Positions 9,494-17,543 of a stretch of 64,000 nucleotides of DNA are shown here, one piece after another. Made by a program: the position numbers and the translations under genes. Positions within the stretch are counted from its first letter, which is position 1. Each line of letters begins with the position of its first letter. Source of the DNA: Archangium sp. (GTDB taxonomy: Bacteria > Myxococcota > Myxococcia > Myxococcales > Myxococcaceae). Location of the stretch: assembly GCA_047600485.1 (NCBI GenBank), contig JASGKS010000001.1, forward strand, positions 6,784,259 through 6,848,258, written 5' to 3'. The notes under the pieces were generated by a model. That model saw only the letters and a list, made by a program, of their open reading frames with translations, was not told the origin of the DNA and made no database searches.

Positions 9494-10706
9494 ATGCGCA
9501 CCGTCGTCTTCGTCGTGCCCTACCCCGCCGAAGCTTCGATTCGCTTCGCCCGCGCGTTCTCGGAATTGAAGGCGGTGCGGCTCATCGGCCTCGTGCAGAA
9601 GCCGCCCACTGGCGCCGCGGCGAAACCGTTCGCGAACTTCGTGAAGGTGCAGGACGCGTTCGATTCGCGGCAGATCATCGAAGGCTGCGAGAAGGTGCGA
9701 AAGAAGTACGGCGGGCTTCATCAAATCGTCGGCGTGCTCGAGCCGCTGCAGGTGCCGCTCGCCGAGGCGCGCGCGCACTTCAAGATTCCCGGGACCGACG
9801 CGAAGACCGCCGATTCTGTTTCGCGACAAGGGCCGCATGAAGGACGCGCTGCGCGCTTCGGGTCTTCCGTGCGCGCGCCACAAGGTCATCACCTCGCTGG
9901 CCGACGCGATTTCGTTCGTGCAGCAGGTCGGCTTCCCCATCGTCATCAAGCCGCCCGCGGGCGCCGGCACCAAGGCGACGTGGCGCATCAAGAACCTCGA
10001 AGAGCTGCAGGGCGTCATCGCCGCGATTCATCCGCGGCCCGACAACCCCACGCTCGGCGAAGAGTTCCTCAAAGGGCGCGAGTACTGCTTCGACACCATC
10101 ACGGTGCGCGGCAAGGTGTTGTTCGAGAACGTGAGCCGCTACTACCCGGGCCCGCTCGAGGTGATCGAGAACCCGTGGATCCAGTGGGCGGTGGTGCAGC
10201 CGCGGCAGCTGACTCCGGACCTCGACGACGCGCGCGCGATGGGGCGGCAGGCCATCAAGGCGCTCGGGCTCGCGACCGGCTTCACGCACATGGAATGGTT
10301 CCGTCGCGACGACGGCTCACTGGCCATCGGTGAAATCGCCGCGCGTCCTCCGGGCGCCAACTTCGTCGAGATGATGGGCTTCGGGCACGACGCCGACATG
10401 TACCGGGCGTGGGCGCGCGCCATCACCGACAACGCGTTCGATGGTCCCTTCGAGCGGAAATACGCGGTCGGCTGCGCGTACCTGCGCGGCATCGGTCGCG
10501 GTCGCGTGCAGCGCGTGAGTGGAGTCGCCGAAGCCAACGCGCGCGTCGGCAAGCTGGCGGTGAAGTCGAAGTTGCCGAAGGTGGGCCAGCCGAAGTCGGA
10601 CCACTACGAGGGCGAGGGCTACGTCATCGTGCGGCACCCCGACACCGACGTGGTGAAGGCGGCGGTGAAGACCATCATCGAGACCATTCGCATCGAGTAC
10701 GCCTGA
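9494..10706 (+). pseudogene. ATP-grasp domain protein, paralogue 2, interrupted by a frameshift near nt 9811-9818
   Basis: The N-terminal 106 aa (MRTVVFVVPYPAE...KIPGTDAKTAD) are in the 9455 frame and the remaining ~298 aa in the 9837 frame. Both halves align colinearly with paralogue 1 (about 40% identity; e.g. FRDKGRMKDALRASGL matches FRDKQLMKDRVKAAGL). Rejoining needs a 1-nt shift inside gccgattctgtttcgcgac. Confidence 0.75.
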
Positions 10707-10707
10707 C

Positions 10708-11613
10708 ATGCCGACACCGAAGATTCCGAGCAGCATCGAAGGCGTGGTGGAGATCGAAGTGTTCCGCAGCATGGAGCACCGCTACTGGCTCCTCATCGAG
10801 ATTCCCCACGGAGCGACGCGCCGGTCCGAATACGACGCCGTCGCGCGCAAGCTGAAGAGCCCGCTGCCCGCGCAGCTCGAGCACTTCTTCTACGTCAACA
10901 CCGACATCGGCACGCCCGAGGGCGCGAGGTGGATCGGCAAGACGCTCGGAGCGCATCGCGTGAACGTGGTGGTGGCGCGCTGTCTGGTGCCGCGCACGTT
11001 CATCGACACCAATCGCGTGCTCGGCGGCCAGGCGGGTGAAGGCCTCACCGGCTCGATGCCGACGTACATCACCGATTCGAACGACGCGACGTACCTGCAG
11101 GGGCTCCACACGCAGTACCACCGCGTGGTCGACGGGCTGTACCAGGAGATTTGCCGCAACTCCGACGGGCTCGCGCTGCAGCTGCACTCGTACGCGCCGC
11201 GCTCGGTGGGCATCGAGACGGTCGACGCGAACATCGTGAAGGCGCTCCACGTGGCGTACGAGCCGGCGAACTATTCGCGCTGGCCCGAGCGGCCCGCGGT
11301 CGACCTCATCTGCTCGACGAAGGACGGAAAGTTTCACGCGGCGCCGCGACTGGTGTCGGCCGCGGTGCAGGCGTGGAAGGAAGCCGGCGTCACCGCGACC
11401 GAGAACGGCACGTACCACCTGCACCCGGTGACGATGGGCATGACCTACGCGCAGGCGTTCCCGCATCAGGTGGTGTGCGTCGAGATGAACCGCGGCCTCA
11501 TCGCCGACCCGTTCGTGCCGTTCGGCGAGTCGCCCATCAGCGAGGCGAAGGTCGGGCAGCTCGTCGCTCCGCTCGCGCGCGTGCTGCATTCGGCGCTGTC
11601 GGAGCCGGTGTGA
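10708..11613 (+). CDS. putative N-formylglutamate amidohydrolase (FGase)-family zinc hydrolase
   Basis: 301 aa. Begins 2 nt after the ATP-grasp stop. The FGase-like assignment is from memory of that family and is uncertain. Confidence 0.4.
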   Translation: MPTPKIPSSIEGVVEIEVFRSMEHRYWLLIEIPHGATRRSEYDAVARKLKSPLPAQLEHFFYVNTDIGTPEGARWIGKTLGAHRVNVVVARCLVPRTFIDTNRVLGGQAGEGLTGSMPTYITDSNDATYLQGLHTQYHRVVDGLYQEICRNSDGLALQLHSYAPRSVGIETVDANIVKALHVAYEPANYSRWPERPAVDLICSTKDGKFHAAPRLVSAAVQAWKEAGVTATENGTYHLHPVTMGMTYAQAFPHQVVCVEMNRGLIADPFVPFGESPISEAKVGQLVAPLARVLHSALSEPV

Positions 11614-12356
11614 AGCAGGCGCTCGTCGCGTTGTTGTTCGTTTCGGGTTGCGCGAGCTCGACACGCTTCGCGCGGCCCGATGGCCTCGAGGTCATCACCA
11701 TCACGCACGACAGCACCAACGTGCACGTCGTGAAGAAGGACGCCGCGGTCTTTCTGTTCGACAGCGGGTACGAGAAGAACGGCCCGCAGCTCGAGGCCGA
11801 CCTGCGCGCGCTGGGCATCGACCCTGCTTCGGTGAAGGCCGTGGTGGTGAGCCACGCGCACGCCGACCACGCCGGTGCTGCGCGTTTCTTTCACACGCAT
11901 TTTGGAACGCCGGTGGTGCTGGGCTCGGGTGACGAGCCGATGTTCCTCGCGGGCCAGAACGAGCCGCTGTGTCCGCAGGGGCTCATCGCCAACCTGCGCT
12001 GGCGGGAAGATCAGAGCGGCCACTACACGGGCTCGAATGCTGACGTCATCGTGACTGGTGAGCTCGACTTGAAGCCGCTGACGGGAATCGACGCGCGCGC
12101 GGTGCTGGTGCCGGGTCACACGCGCGGGAGCGTGGTGGTGGTCGCGGGCGACGTGCTGCTGGTGGGCGATTTGTTTCGCGGCAGCATCGTCGGCTCAGGC
12201 GCGGAGACGCACCTGTTCATGTGCGACCTCGAAGAGAACAAGCGGAACATCGCGCGCGTGATGAAGGAGATCGCGCCGCAAGCGAAGCAGGTCTTCACCG
12301 GTCACTTCGGGCCCGTCACGCCAGAATCGGTCCGCGAACACTTCGAAGTGAAATGA
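11610..12356 (+). CDS. MBL-fold metallo-hydrolase lipoprotein
   Basis: The GTG start overlaps the upstream stop (GTGTGA). Lipoprotein signal LVALLFVSGCA and metallo-beta-lactamase motif VVSHAHADH. Confidence 0.7.
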   Translation: MKQALVALLFVSGCASSTRFARPDGLEVITITHDSTNVHVVKKDAAVFLFDSGYEKNGPQLEADLRALGIDPASVKAVVVSHAHADHAGAARFFHTHFGTPVVLGSGDEPMFLAGQNEPLCPQGLIANLRWREDQSGHYTGSNADVIVTGELDLKPLTGIDARAVLVPGHTRGSVVVVAGDVLLVGDLFRGSIVGSGAETHLFMCDLEENKRNIARVMKEIAPQAKQVFTGHFGPVTPESVREHFEVK

Positions 12357-12363
12357 ACAAACC

Positions 12364-12402
12364 CCCCTCTCCCGCGAGGGAGAGGGTCGGGGTGAGGGTG
12401 AA
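12364..12402. repeat. GC-rich palindromic REP-like element (copy A)
   Basis: ccctctcccgcgagggagagggtcggggtgagggtg. It is the inverse of copy B about 90 bp away, so the pair can form a long stem. Confidence 0.7.
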
Positions 12403-12493
12403 ACGCGAAGCACGGCGGCCGTGCTGATCCTCGACACGAGTGATCACCGAGCCTCGAGCGTGCGTGCCCTCTCAGGCGCAGCGTCGTGCGGCT

Positions 12494-12533
12494 TTCACCC
12501 TCACCCTGACCCTCTCCCTCGCGGGAGAGGGGA
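12494..12533. repeat. GC-rich palindromic REP-like element (copy B)
   Basis: tcaccctcaccctgaccctctccctcgcgggagaggg. It is the reverse complement of copy A. Confidence 0.7.
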
Positions 12534-12536
12534 GCT

Positions 12537-14018
12537 TTATTCCTCGGGCTCTTTCGGCGGCGGAGTACCGCGCTCTTCATCGAGCGCCTTCAACGCCGCG
12601 TCAGCCTTCTCGAGCTCAGTCGCCGCTTTCTCCATCTCACGCTCCAGCGGAGCACGCTTCGCCTCGAGCGCCGACGTGTCACCGCGCGCCGACTCAATCT
12701 TCGCCTGCAGCTTCTCGAGCTTCGCGTTGATGGAGTCGTAGCGCGCCTGCGCCTTCGCCACGCGCTTCTGCAACCCGACCCGCTCACCATCGACGAGCTT
12801 CACGTCGACCGTGGTGGGCTTCGGCACGTTCTTGAGCGTCTTCGTCAACGTGGTGTGGTTCTCGGCGCTGAAGCTCAGCTCATGCTTCTTCTTCGGCTCG
12901 AGCCACACGTCGAGCGGCGTGCTCCCGACCGCGAGCCCATCGACGGTGACCGCCGCCACCGGAGTCGACTTGAGCGTCACCTTCGTGCCCTTCACCAACG
13001 TGAACTGCAGTTCGTTCTCTCCGGCCGAAAGCAGCTTCCGCTCGCTCGCCGCCTGATACCCGTCAAGCGTGACCACCACGTCGGTGACGTCAGCGTCGAG
13101 CAGACTCGTGGTGCCCGGCGTCTTCGCGAGCACTTCCTTCCCACCGACCAACACACGCGCGCCCTCGGGCTCCGAGGTGACCTTCACCGTCGCGCCGCGC
13201 TTCAGCGTGAAGCTCAACGTGAAGTGCTCGTTCGCGTTCGGCGTGCGCTCGACGGAATCAGGGAAGAAGCCCGCCTGCTCGACGCGAATGACGTTTCGCT
13301 CGGTGGCGTTGAGCGGCGTGTCGAGCGGGCTCGTGCCTCGCTTCTCGCCGTTGACGAACACCGTCGCGCCCGGCGGCTCGGTGGTGATGTTCGAGAGCGG
13401 GTGGAGCCCGAGCGGATCATCCTTCCCCGTGGGCACCGACTTCACCGGCGCTTCCTTCGGCGGCGGCTTGCCGGCCTGACACGCGGTGCGCGTGGTCTCG
13501 AGCCACTTCGCGAGCGAGCGCTGCTGCAGGTCGAACGCGAGTTCCTTGCGATCTGAATCGTCGAGCGTCTTCGCGTTCTGCACGATGCACGCGCACACCT
13601 CTTTATCCGTGCCTGCCGCGGTGCAGCGGCGCATGAAGCCCTCTTCGAAGAGCACGCGGCGGTCTTCAGCGCTCAACGGAGCGGTCATCGAGCGCGTGAT
13701 GGCTCCCGCGAACAGCACCACTCCGATTCCCGCGACGAACGCGAGGACCTGCAGAATCGCCAGAATCAGCGCCACCCAGCGCGAGCCGGTGCCGAGGTCT
13801 TCGTCCTTCCAGATGAACCAGCCGAAGAGCCCGGGAAAAATCGCGGCGCCGAACGCGCGCAACCAGTCCGCTCCGCCCGCGCGGAAAATCCACACCAGGA
13901 TGCCGACCCAGATGAGCGAGCAGCAGCTGCTCCCGCCGGTGCGTTGGCGGTCAGCCGCGAGCGCGACGGTGCTGCCGAGCACCACGAAAGCGATGAACCA
14001 CCACGGAGTGCGCTTCAT
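12537..14018 (-). CDS. PEGA-domain membrane protein with a C-terminal coiled coil
   Basis: N-terminal TM helices. Repeated PEGA-like motifs (TTEPPGATVFVNGEKRGTSPL and VTSEPEGARVLVGGKEV). Start taken as MKRTPWW, which overlaps the stop of the upstream lipoprotein gene (ATGA). Confidence 0.65.
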   Translation of the reverse strand: MKRTPWWFIAFVVLGSTVALAADRQRTGGSSCCSLIWVGILVWIFRAGGADWLRAFGAAIFPGLFGWFIWKDEDLGTGSRWVALILAILQVLAFVAGIGVVLFAGAITRSMTAPLSAEDRRVLFEEGFMRRCTAAGTDKEVCACIVQNAKTLDDSDRKELAFDLQQRSLAKWLETTRTACQAGKPPPKEAPVKSVPTGKDDPLGLHPLSNITTEPPGATVFVNGEKRGTSPLDTPLNATERNVIRVEQAGFFPDSVERTPNANEHFTLSFTLKRGATVKVTSEPEGARVLVGGKEVLAKTPGTTSLLDADVTDVVVTLDGYQAASERKLLSAGENELQFTLVKGTKVTLKSTPVAAVTVDGLAVGSTPLDVWLEPKKKHELSFSAENHTTLTKTLKNVPKPTTVDVKLVDGERVGLQKRVAKAQARYDSINAKLEKLQAKIESARGDTSALEAKRAPLEREMEKAATELEKADAALKALDEERGTPPPKEPEE

Positions 14019-14464
14019 CGTTGGCTCTGACAGCGCGTGACTATTGAGGAGAATTCGACAGGGAGTGGTCGGCCCTGCTGGTAGCGCTCGACCACGTCCC
14101 ACAGCGCGTCGCCTTCGAAGCCGTCGTACAGCCCTTCGATGACGCACACGCAGGCCTTCTTGCCTTCGCACTGCGCGACCGAGAGCGGCTTCAGACACGA
14201 CGCGCCGCGCCGGCGAATCAGCACCTGCATCTCTTCACCCGTGAAGAAGTTCGCGTCGGACGCGAGCGCACGCAGCTCGCCTTCGGTGAAGTCGCCCGTG
14301 ATGGCAGGAATGAGGCAACCGCAGTCGAGCTTGCTCTCGAGGCCGGTCTTGCCCTTCTTGCCTTCGTCGCAGCTGCGCTCGAGCGCGCGCACGATGGCCG
14401 GTCGTCCGGTGAGGGAATCGCAGCCCGACAGGATGATCAGAGTCAGCGCCGCCCAACGCTGCAT
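14015..14464 (-). CDS. Cys-rich lipoprotein, hypothetical
   Basis: Lipobox LIILSGCDS, about 10 Cys residues. Translationally coupled to the PEGA gene. Confidence 0.45.
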   Translation of the reverse strand: MQRWAALTLIILSGCDSLTGRPAIVRALERSCDEGKKGKTGLESKLDCGCLIPAITGDFTEGELRALASDANFFTGEEMQVLIRRRGASCLKPLSVAQCEGKKACVCVIEGLYDGFEGDALWDVVERYQQGRPLPVEFSSIVTRCQSQR

Positions 14465-14574
14465 GCGCGGGAGCGTACGTCAGGGTTGCGCAACTTGCGC
14501 AGGTCATGGCTCTGTCAGCGCCCAGGGACGACGCGAGGATGCGGGGGCGCGGCGGTTGCTCCTGCTCGGGCGGC

Positions 14575-15291
14575 ATGAACCCAACCATGCTGCTGCTGGC
14601 TTTTCATCTCGTGAGTGGAGCGACTTCACCGCAACCGACGTGCAGCGAAGAAGAATGGTCACGCGAAAATGAAGACATCTGCGCGGAGAACCGGGCGCTC
14701 AAAGTCTACGGCCGCACGCACGGCGAGGTCTCGTTCGGTTACCTCGGCCAATGGAGCAACGAGAGCAACCGCGCGCTCGAATTGAAGCCCTCGCAGGCGG
14801 GCGACCCTCCGTTCGCCGGGAGCATCACCGAGCCGTTCCTCGGCAATCCGTTCTCGGGGACGTTGTTGTCGGGCGCGACGCTCGAGAGTCGCGTGGTCTA
14901 CGACGGCATTCGCATCACCGCGGGTCTGCGCTTTCCGTTCATGAACTACCGGCCGAGTGACACCGCGCAGGTGGTCAACGTCGGTGGCGTGCCGCGCGAG
15001 GTGTTGGTGCGCTCCGTGTCGCTGTGGGACGTGCGCACCGGCATCGGGTTCGAGTTCGCGACGCGTCGGGTGACTCCGTACTTCGACGTGCTCGGTGATT
15101 TTCAGAACATCAGCACGCAGTTGGTCGTCGATGGCCAGCCGGCGAAATACCAGGGCACCGCGTTCTCGCTCGGCGGTCGGCTGGGCATGCGAATTCAGAT
15201 GCAGCATGCGTTCATCGCGTTGAGCGCGGAAGCGACGGCGCTCGGGCCGCTGCGTGTCGGTGGTTCGGCTCAGCTCGGCTTCGCGTTCTGA
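14575..15291 (+). CDS. hypothetical secreted beta-rich protein, possibly outer-membrane
   Basis: Signal peptide MNPTMLLLAFHLVSGATS. Alternating beta-strand-like pattern and a C-terminal aromatic residue. Confidence 0.4.
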   Translation: MNPTMLLLAFHLVSGATSPQPTCSEEEWSRENEDICAENRALKVYGRTHGEVSFGYLGQWSNESNRALELKPSQAGDPPFAGSITEPFLGNPFSGTLLSGATLESRVVYDGIRITAGLRFPFMNYRPSDTAQVVNVGGVPREVLVRSVSLWDVRTGIGFEFATRRVTPYFDVLGDFQNISTQLVVDGQPAKYQGTAFSLGGRLGMRIQMQHAFIALSAEATALGPLRVGGSAQLGFAF

Positions 15292-15298
15292 TCAGCGC

Positions 15299-15727
15299 TC
15301 ACTCGAGATCCCACGAGCGTTGGTCACTGATCAACGCCTCGAGTGCGGTCGGCACCGTCGCGAAGAGCGGCGACGGGAGCGCGTCGAGCGAGAACCACGC
15401 CCACGACTCGACCTTGTCCGGTTCCTTCACCGTCGGCTCACCGCTCGCCCAGTCGGCCGCGAACGCGAGATCGACGTAGTGCCTGGGCGCGTACTGCACG
15501 GTGTTGAGCACGCGAAGGAATCGCACGTTGGCGATTTCGCAACCGGTCTCCTCGAGCACTTCACGCGCCGCGCACGCCGCGAACGATTCGAGGTGCTCGA
15601 GGTGGCCGCCGGGTGAGGCGTACTCGCCTGCTCCGTGCGAGCCGCGGCGTTTTCCGAGCAGCAGCTTGCCGTCCTTGAAGACGAACACTCCGATGCCGAC
15701 GCGTGGACGTTCCTGCATGACGGTCAT
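15299..15727 (-). CDS. NUDIX hydrolase
   Basis: Nudix box GKRRGSHGAGEYASPGGHLEHLESFAACAAREVLEETG. The start overlaps the cyclase stop (ATGA). Confidence 0.8.
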   Translation of the reverse strand: MTVMQERPRVGIGVFVFKDGKLLLGKRRGSHGAGEYASPGGHLEHLESFAACAAREVLEETGCEIANVRFLRVLNTVQYAPRHYVDLAFAADWASGEPTVKEPDKVESWAWFSLDALPSPLFATVPTALEALISDQRSWDLE

Positions 15728-16890
15728 TGTGGCTCGAAGAGCTCGGTTTGGCCGGTGATGCCCTTCAGTTCGAACGCACCGACGGACTTCGCGGGCGTCT
15801 CCAGCACGTTGGCCACCGGAGCGCTCACCAGCACCTGCTTCCCCAACTTGCCGGTCATGCTCTCGATGCGACTGGCGAGATTCACCGCGGGCCCGATGGC
15901 CGTGAAGTCGAGCCGCGAGCTGCCGCCGATGTTGCCGTACGCGACCTCGCCCAGATGCAACGCGACGCCGAACGCGAGCGGACCCTCTTTCCGTTCTCCA
16001 CGTTTCACGTTCAACGCCGTCAACGCATCGAACGCACGACGGGTGGCCTTCACCGCGTTCTGCGCGACACCCTTCGCGTCGCCCTTCACGGGGAAAATCG
16101 CGAGCAGCCCGTCGCCGATGAACTTCAGCACCTGGCCGCCGTGGCTCTCGATGGCCGGCACCTGGCACTCGAAGAACTCGTTCAGCACCGCGATGATTTC
16201 TTTCGGCTGCCGCTCTCCGCTCAACGACGTGAAGCCGCGCAGGTCGGAGAACCAGATGACGCAATCGATGAGGTCGGTGTCGCCGCGCTGAATGCGACCC
16301 TTCAAGATGCGCTCGCCAGCGTCGTTGCCGACGTACGCGTTGAGCAAGTTCACCGCGGTGCGCATCAGCGCCAGCGTTTCGGCGACCCGAGAGAGCGGCC
16401 GCACCACGTGCTTGATGGAGTCGAGCTGATCAGCCGTGAAGCCTCCCGGCGCGCGCGTCGCGAAGCTGATGGCGTGACAGGTGCCGCCCATGAAGTGCAG
16501 CGGACAAAACAAGATGTCGGTGTAGCCCTGCGTCTTCAGCTCGAGCAGGTCGGGCGAGCTCACCTTCTCGTCGAGCACGTGCCGCACGTACTGACCGTCT
16601 TCGAACACGCGCGCGATGAAGCTGCGCTTGAAAATCTCCGACTGCAGAAATTCCCACGACGCCTCACCGACCTGCGTCTTGCCGTCGCTGGCGTTCCACA
16701 CGAAGCGACGGCCCATGATGGAAGGGTGAAGCGTGCGCACGAACGCGGCCATGCGCTCGACGGGGACGCCCGCGGCACGCAGCTCAGGACCCATGCGCTC
16801 CAGCACCGCCATGGGAGTGGGCGCACCGGGCGCTCCATCGACCAGCCAATCGAAGATCGCCTGCACCGAAGCCAGGGGCATGGCGCGCAT
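15724..16890 (-). CDS. class III adenylate/guanylate cyclase with an N-terminal sensor-like domain
   Basis: CHD signature (VIWFSDLRGFTSL...LKFIGDGLLAIFP...GVALHLGEVAYGNIGG...DFTAIGPAVNLASRIE). The start is uncertain: the frame is open to 17037 and the first Met options are at about 16890 or 16881. Confidence 0.75.
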   Translation of the reverse strand: MRAMPLASVQAIFDWLVDGAPGAPTPMAVLERMGPELRAAGVPVERMAAFVRTLHPSIMGRRFVWNASDGKTQVGEASWEFLQSEIFKRSFIARVFEDGQYVRHVLDEKVSSPDLLELKTQGYTDILFCPLHFMGGTCHAISFATRAPGGFTADQLDSIKHVVRPLSRVAETLALMRTAVNLLNAYVGNDAGERILKGRIQRGDTDLIDCVIWFSDLRGFTSLSGERQPKEIIAVLNEFFECQVPAIESHGGQVLKFIGDGLLAIFPVKGDAKGVAQNAVKATRRAFDALTALNVKRGERKEGPLAFGVALHLGEVAYGNIGGSSRLDFTAIGPAVNLASRIESMTGKLGKQVLVSAPVANVLETPAKSVGAFELKGITGQTELFEPQ

Positions 16891-17473
16891 GATGCCAGTC
16901 CTGCTTTCGTGGGTCGCTGTGAGTCCGAGCGGGGGACCCCAACAGCTCGTGTACGACGTCGGCGTCGAGAGCCTCTTCCGCGGCATCGGAGAGAAGCTCA
17001 CGCCCGAGCTGCGGCTGCGCGTTCGCAAGCTCGGCATCGACCTCGATCAAAAGCTCCTGCCCGGCTACCCGAAAGACGTCTGGGTGCGCGTCGTCGACGA
17101 GGTGGCGCGCGAGTTCAGCGCGAACAGCGACCTCGCTGCGGCGCGCAAAGAATTGGGGCACGCCATTTCGCGTGGCTTCGCTGATTCGACGATGGGCAAG
17201 CTGATGGCGCCCGGAGTGCGGCTGATGGGTGTGCGGCGCATGCTGCTGCGACTCCCGAAGAGCCTCACCATGAGCAACAACTTCATGCGCGTCGCCGTCA
17301 CGCAGACCGGCTCGAACCTCGTGCGCGTCGAGATGAACGAGCCCGTGCCGTCGTCGGAATTTCTCGCGGGCGTGATCGAAGCCATCATCACGTACTCGGG
17401 TGGAAAGTCGTCGACCATTACGTGGGCCGCGGAAGGGCCGTTGACGGTGTTCAGCGTGGCCTGGGCCGACTGA
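16880..17473 (+). CDS. TIGR02265/DUF2378-family protein (expanded in myxobacteria)
   Basis: About 197 aa. Family membership recalled from the GIGEKLTPELRLRVRKLGIDLDQ... pattern. The start options overlap the divergent cyclase start. Confidence 0.45.
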   Translation: MARMMPVLLSWVAVSPSGGPQQLVYDVGVESLFRGIGEKLTPELRLRVRKLGIDLDQKLLPGYPKDVWVRVVDEVAREFSANSDLAAARKELGHAISRGFADSTMGKLMAPGVRLMGVRRMLLRLPKSLTMSNNFMRVAVTQTGSNLVRVEMNEPVPSSEFLAGVIEAIITYSGGKSSTITWAAEGPLTVFSVAWAD

Positions 17474-17543
17474 GGGCAACCCAGCAACACAGCTCAACAG
17501 GCAGGAACTTTTGGGCCGGCTTTCTGGTTAAAACGGAAGCCCA

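Noticed and set aside
8469-9569. 366-aa plus-strand ORF antisense to the 7983-9467 membrane protein
   Set aside because: Extreme Arg/Glu/Asp/His composition and no hydrophobic core, so antisense noise.
9813-10333. C-terminal 170 aa of ORF 9455-10333 (Arg/Gly/His-rich)
   Set aside because: Out-of-frame read-through after the ATP-grasp frameshift. The real continuation is the 9837-10706 frame.
11151-11609. 5' extension of ORF 11151-12356
   Set aside because: It overlaps the FGase-like gene in another frame. The MBL lipoprotein begins at the GTG at 11610, directly before its lipobox.
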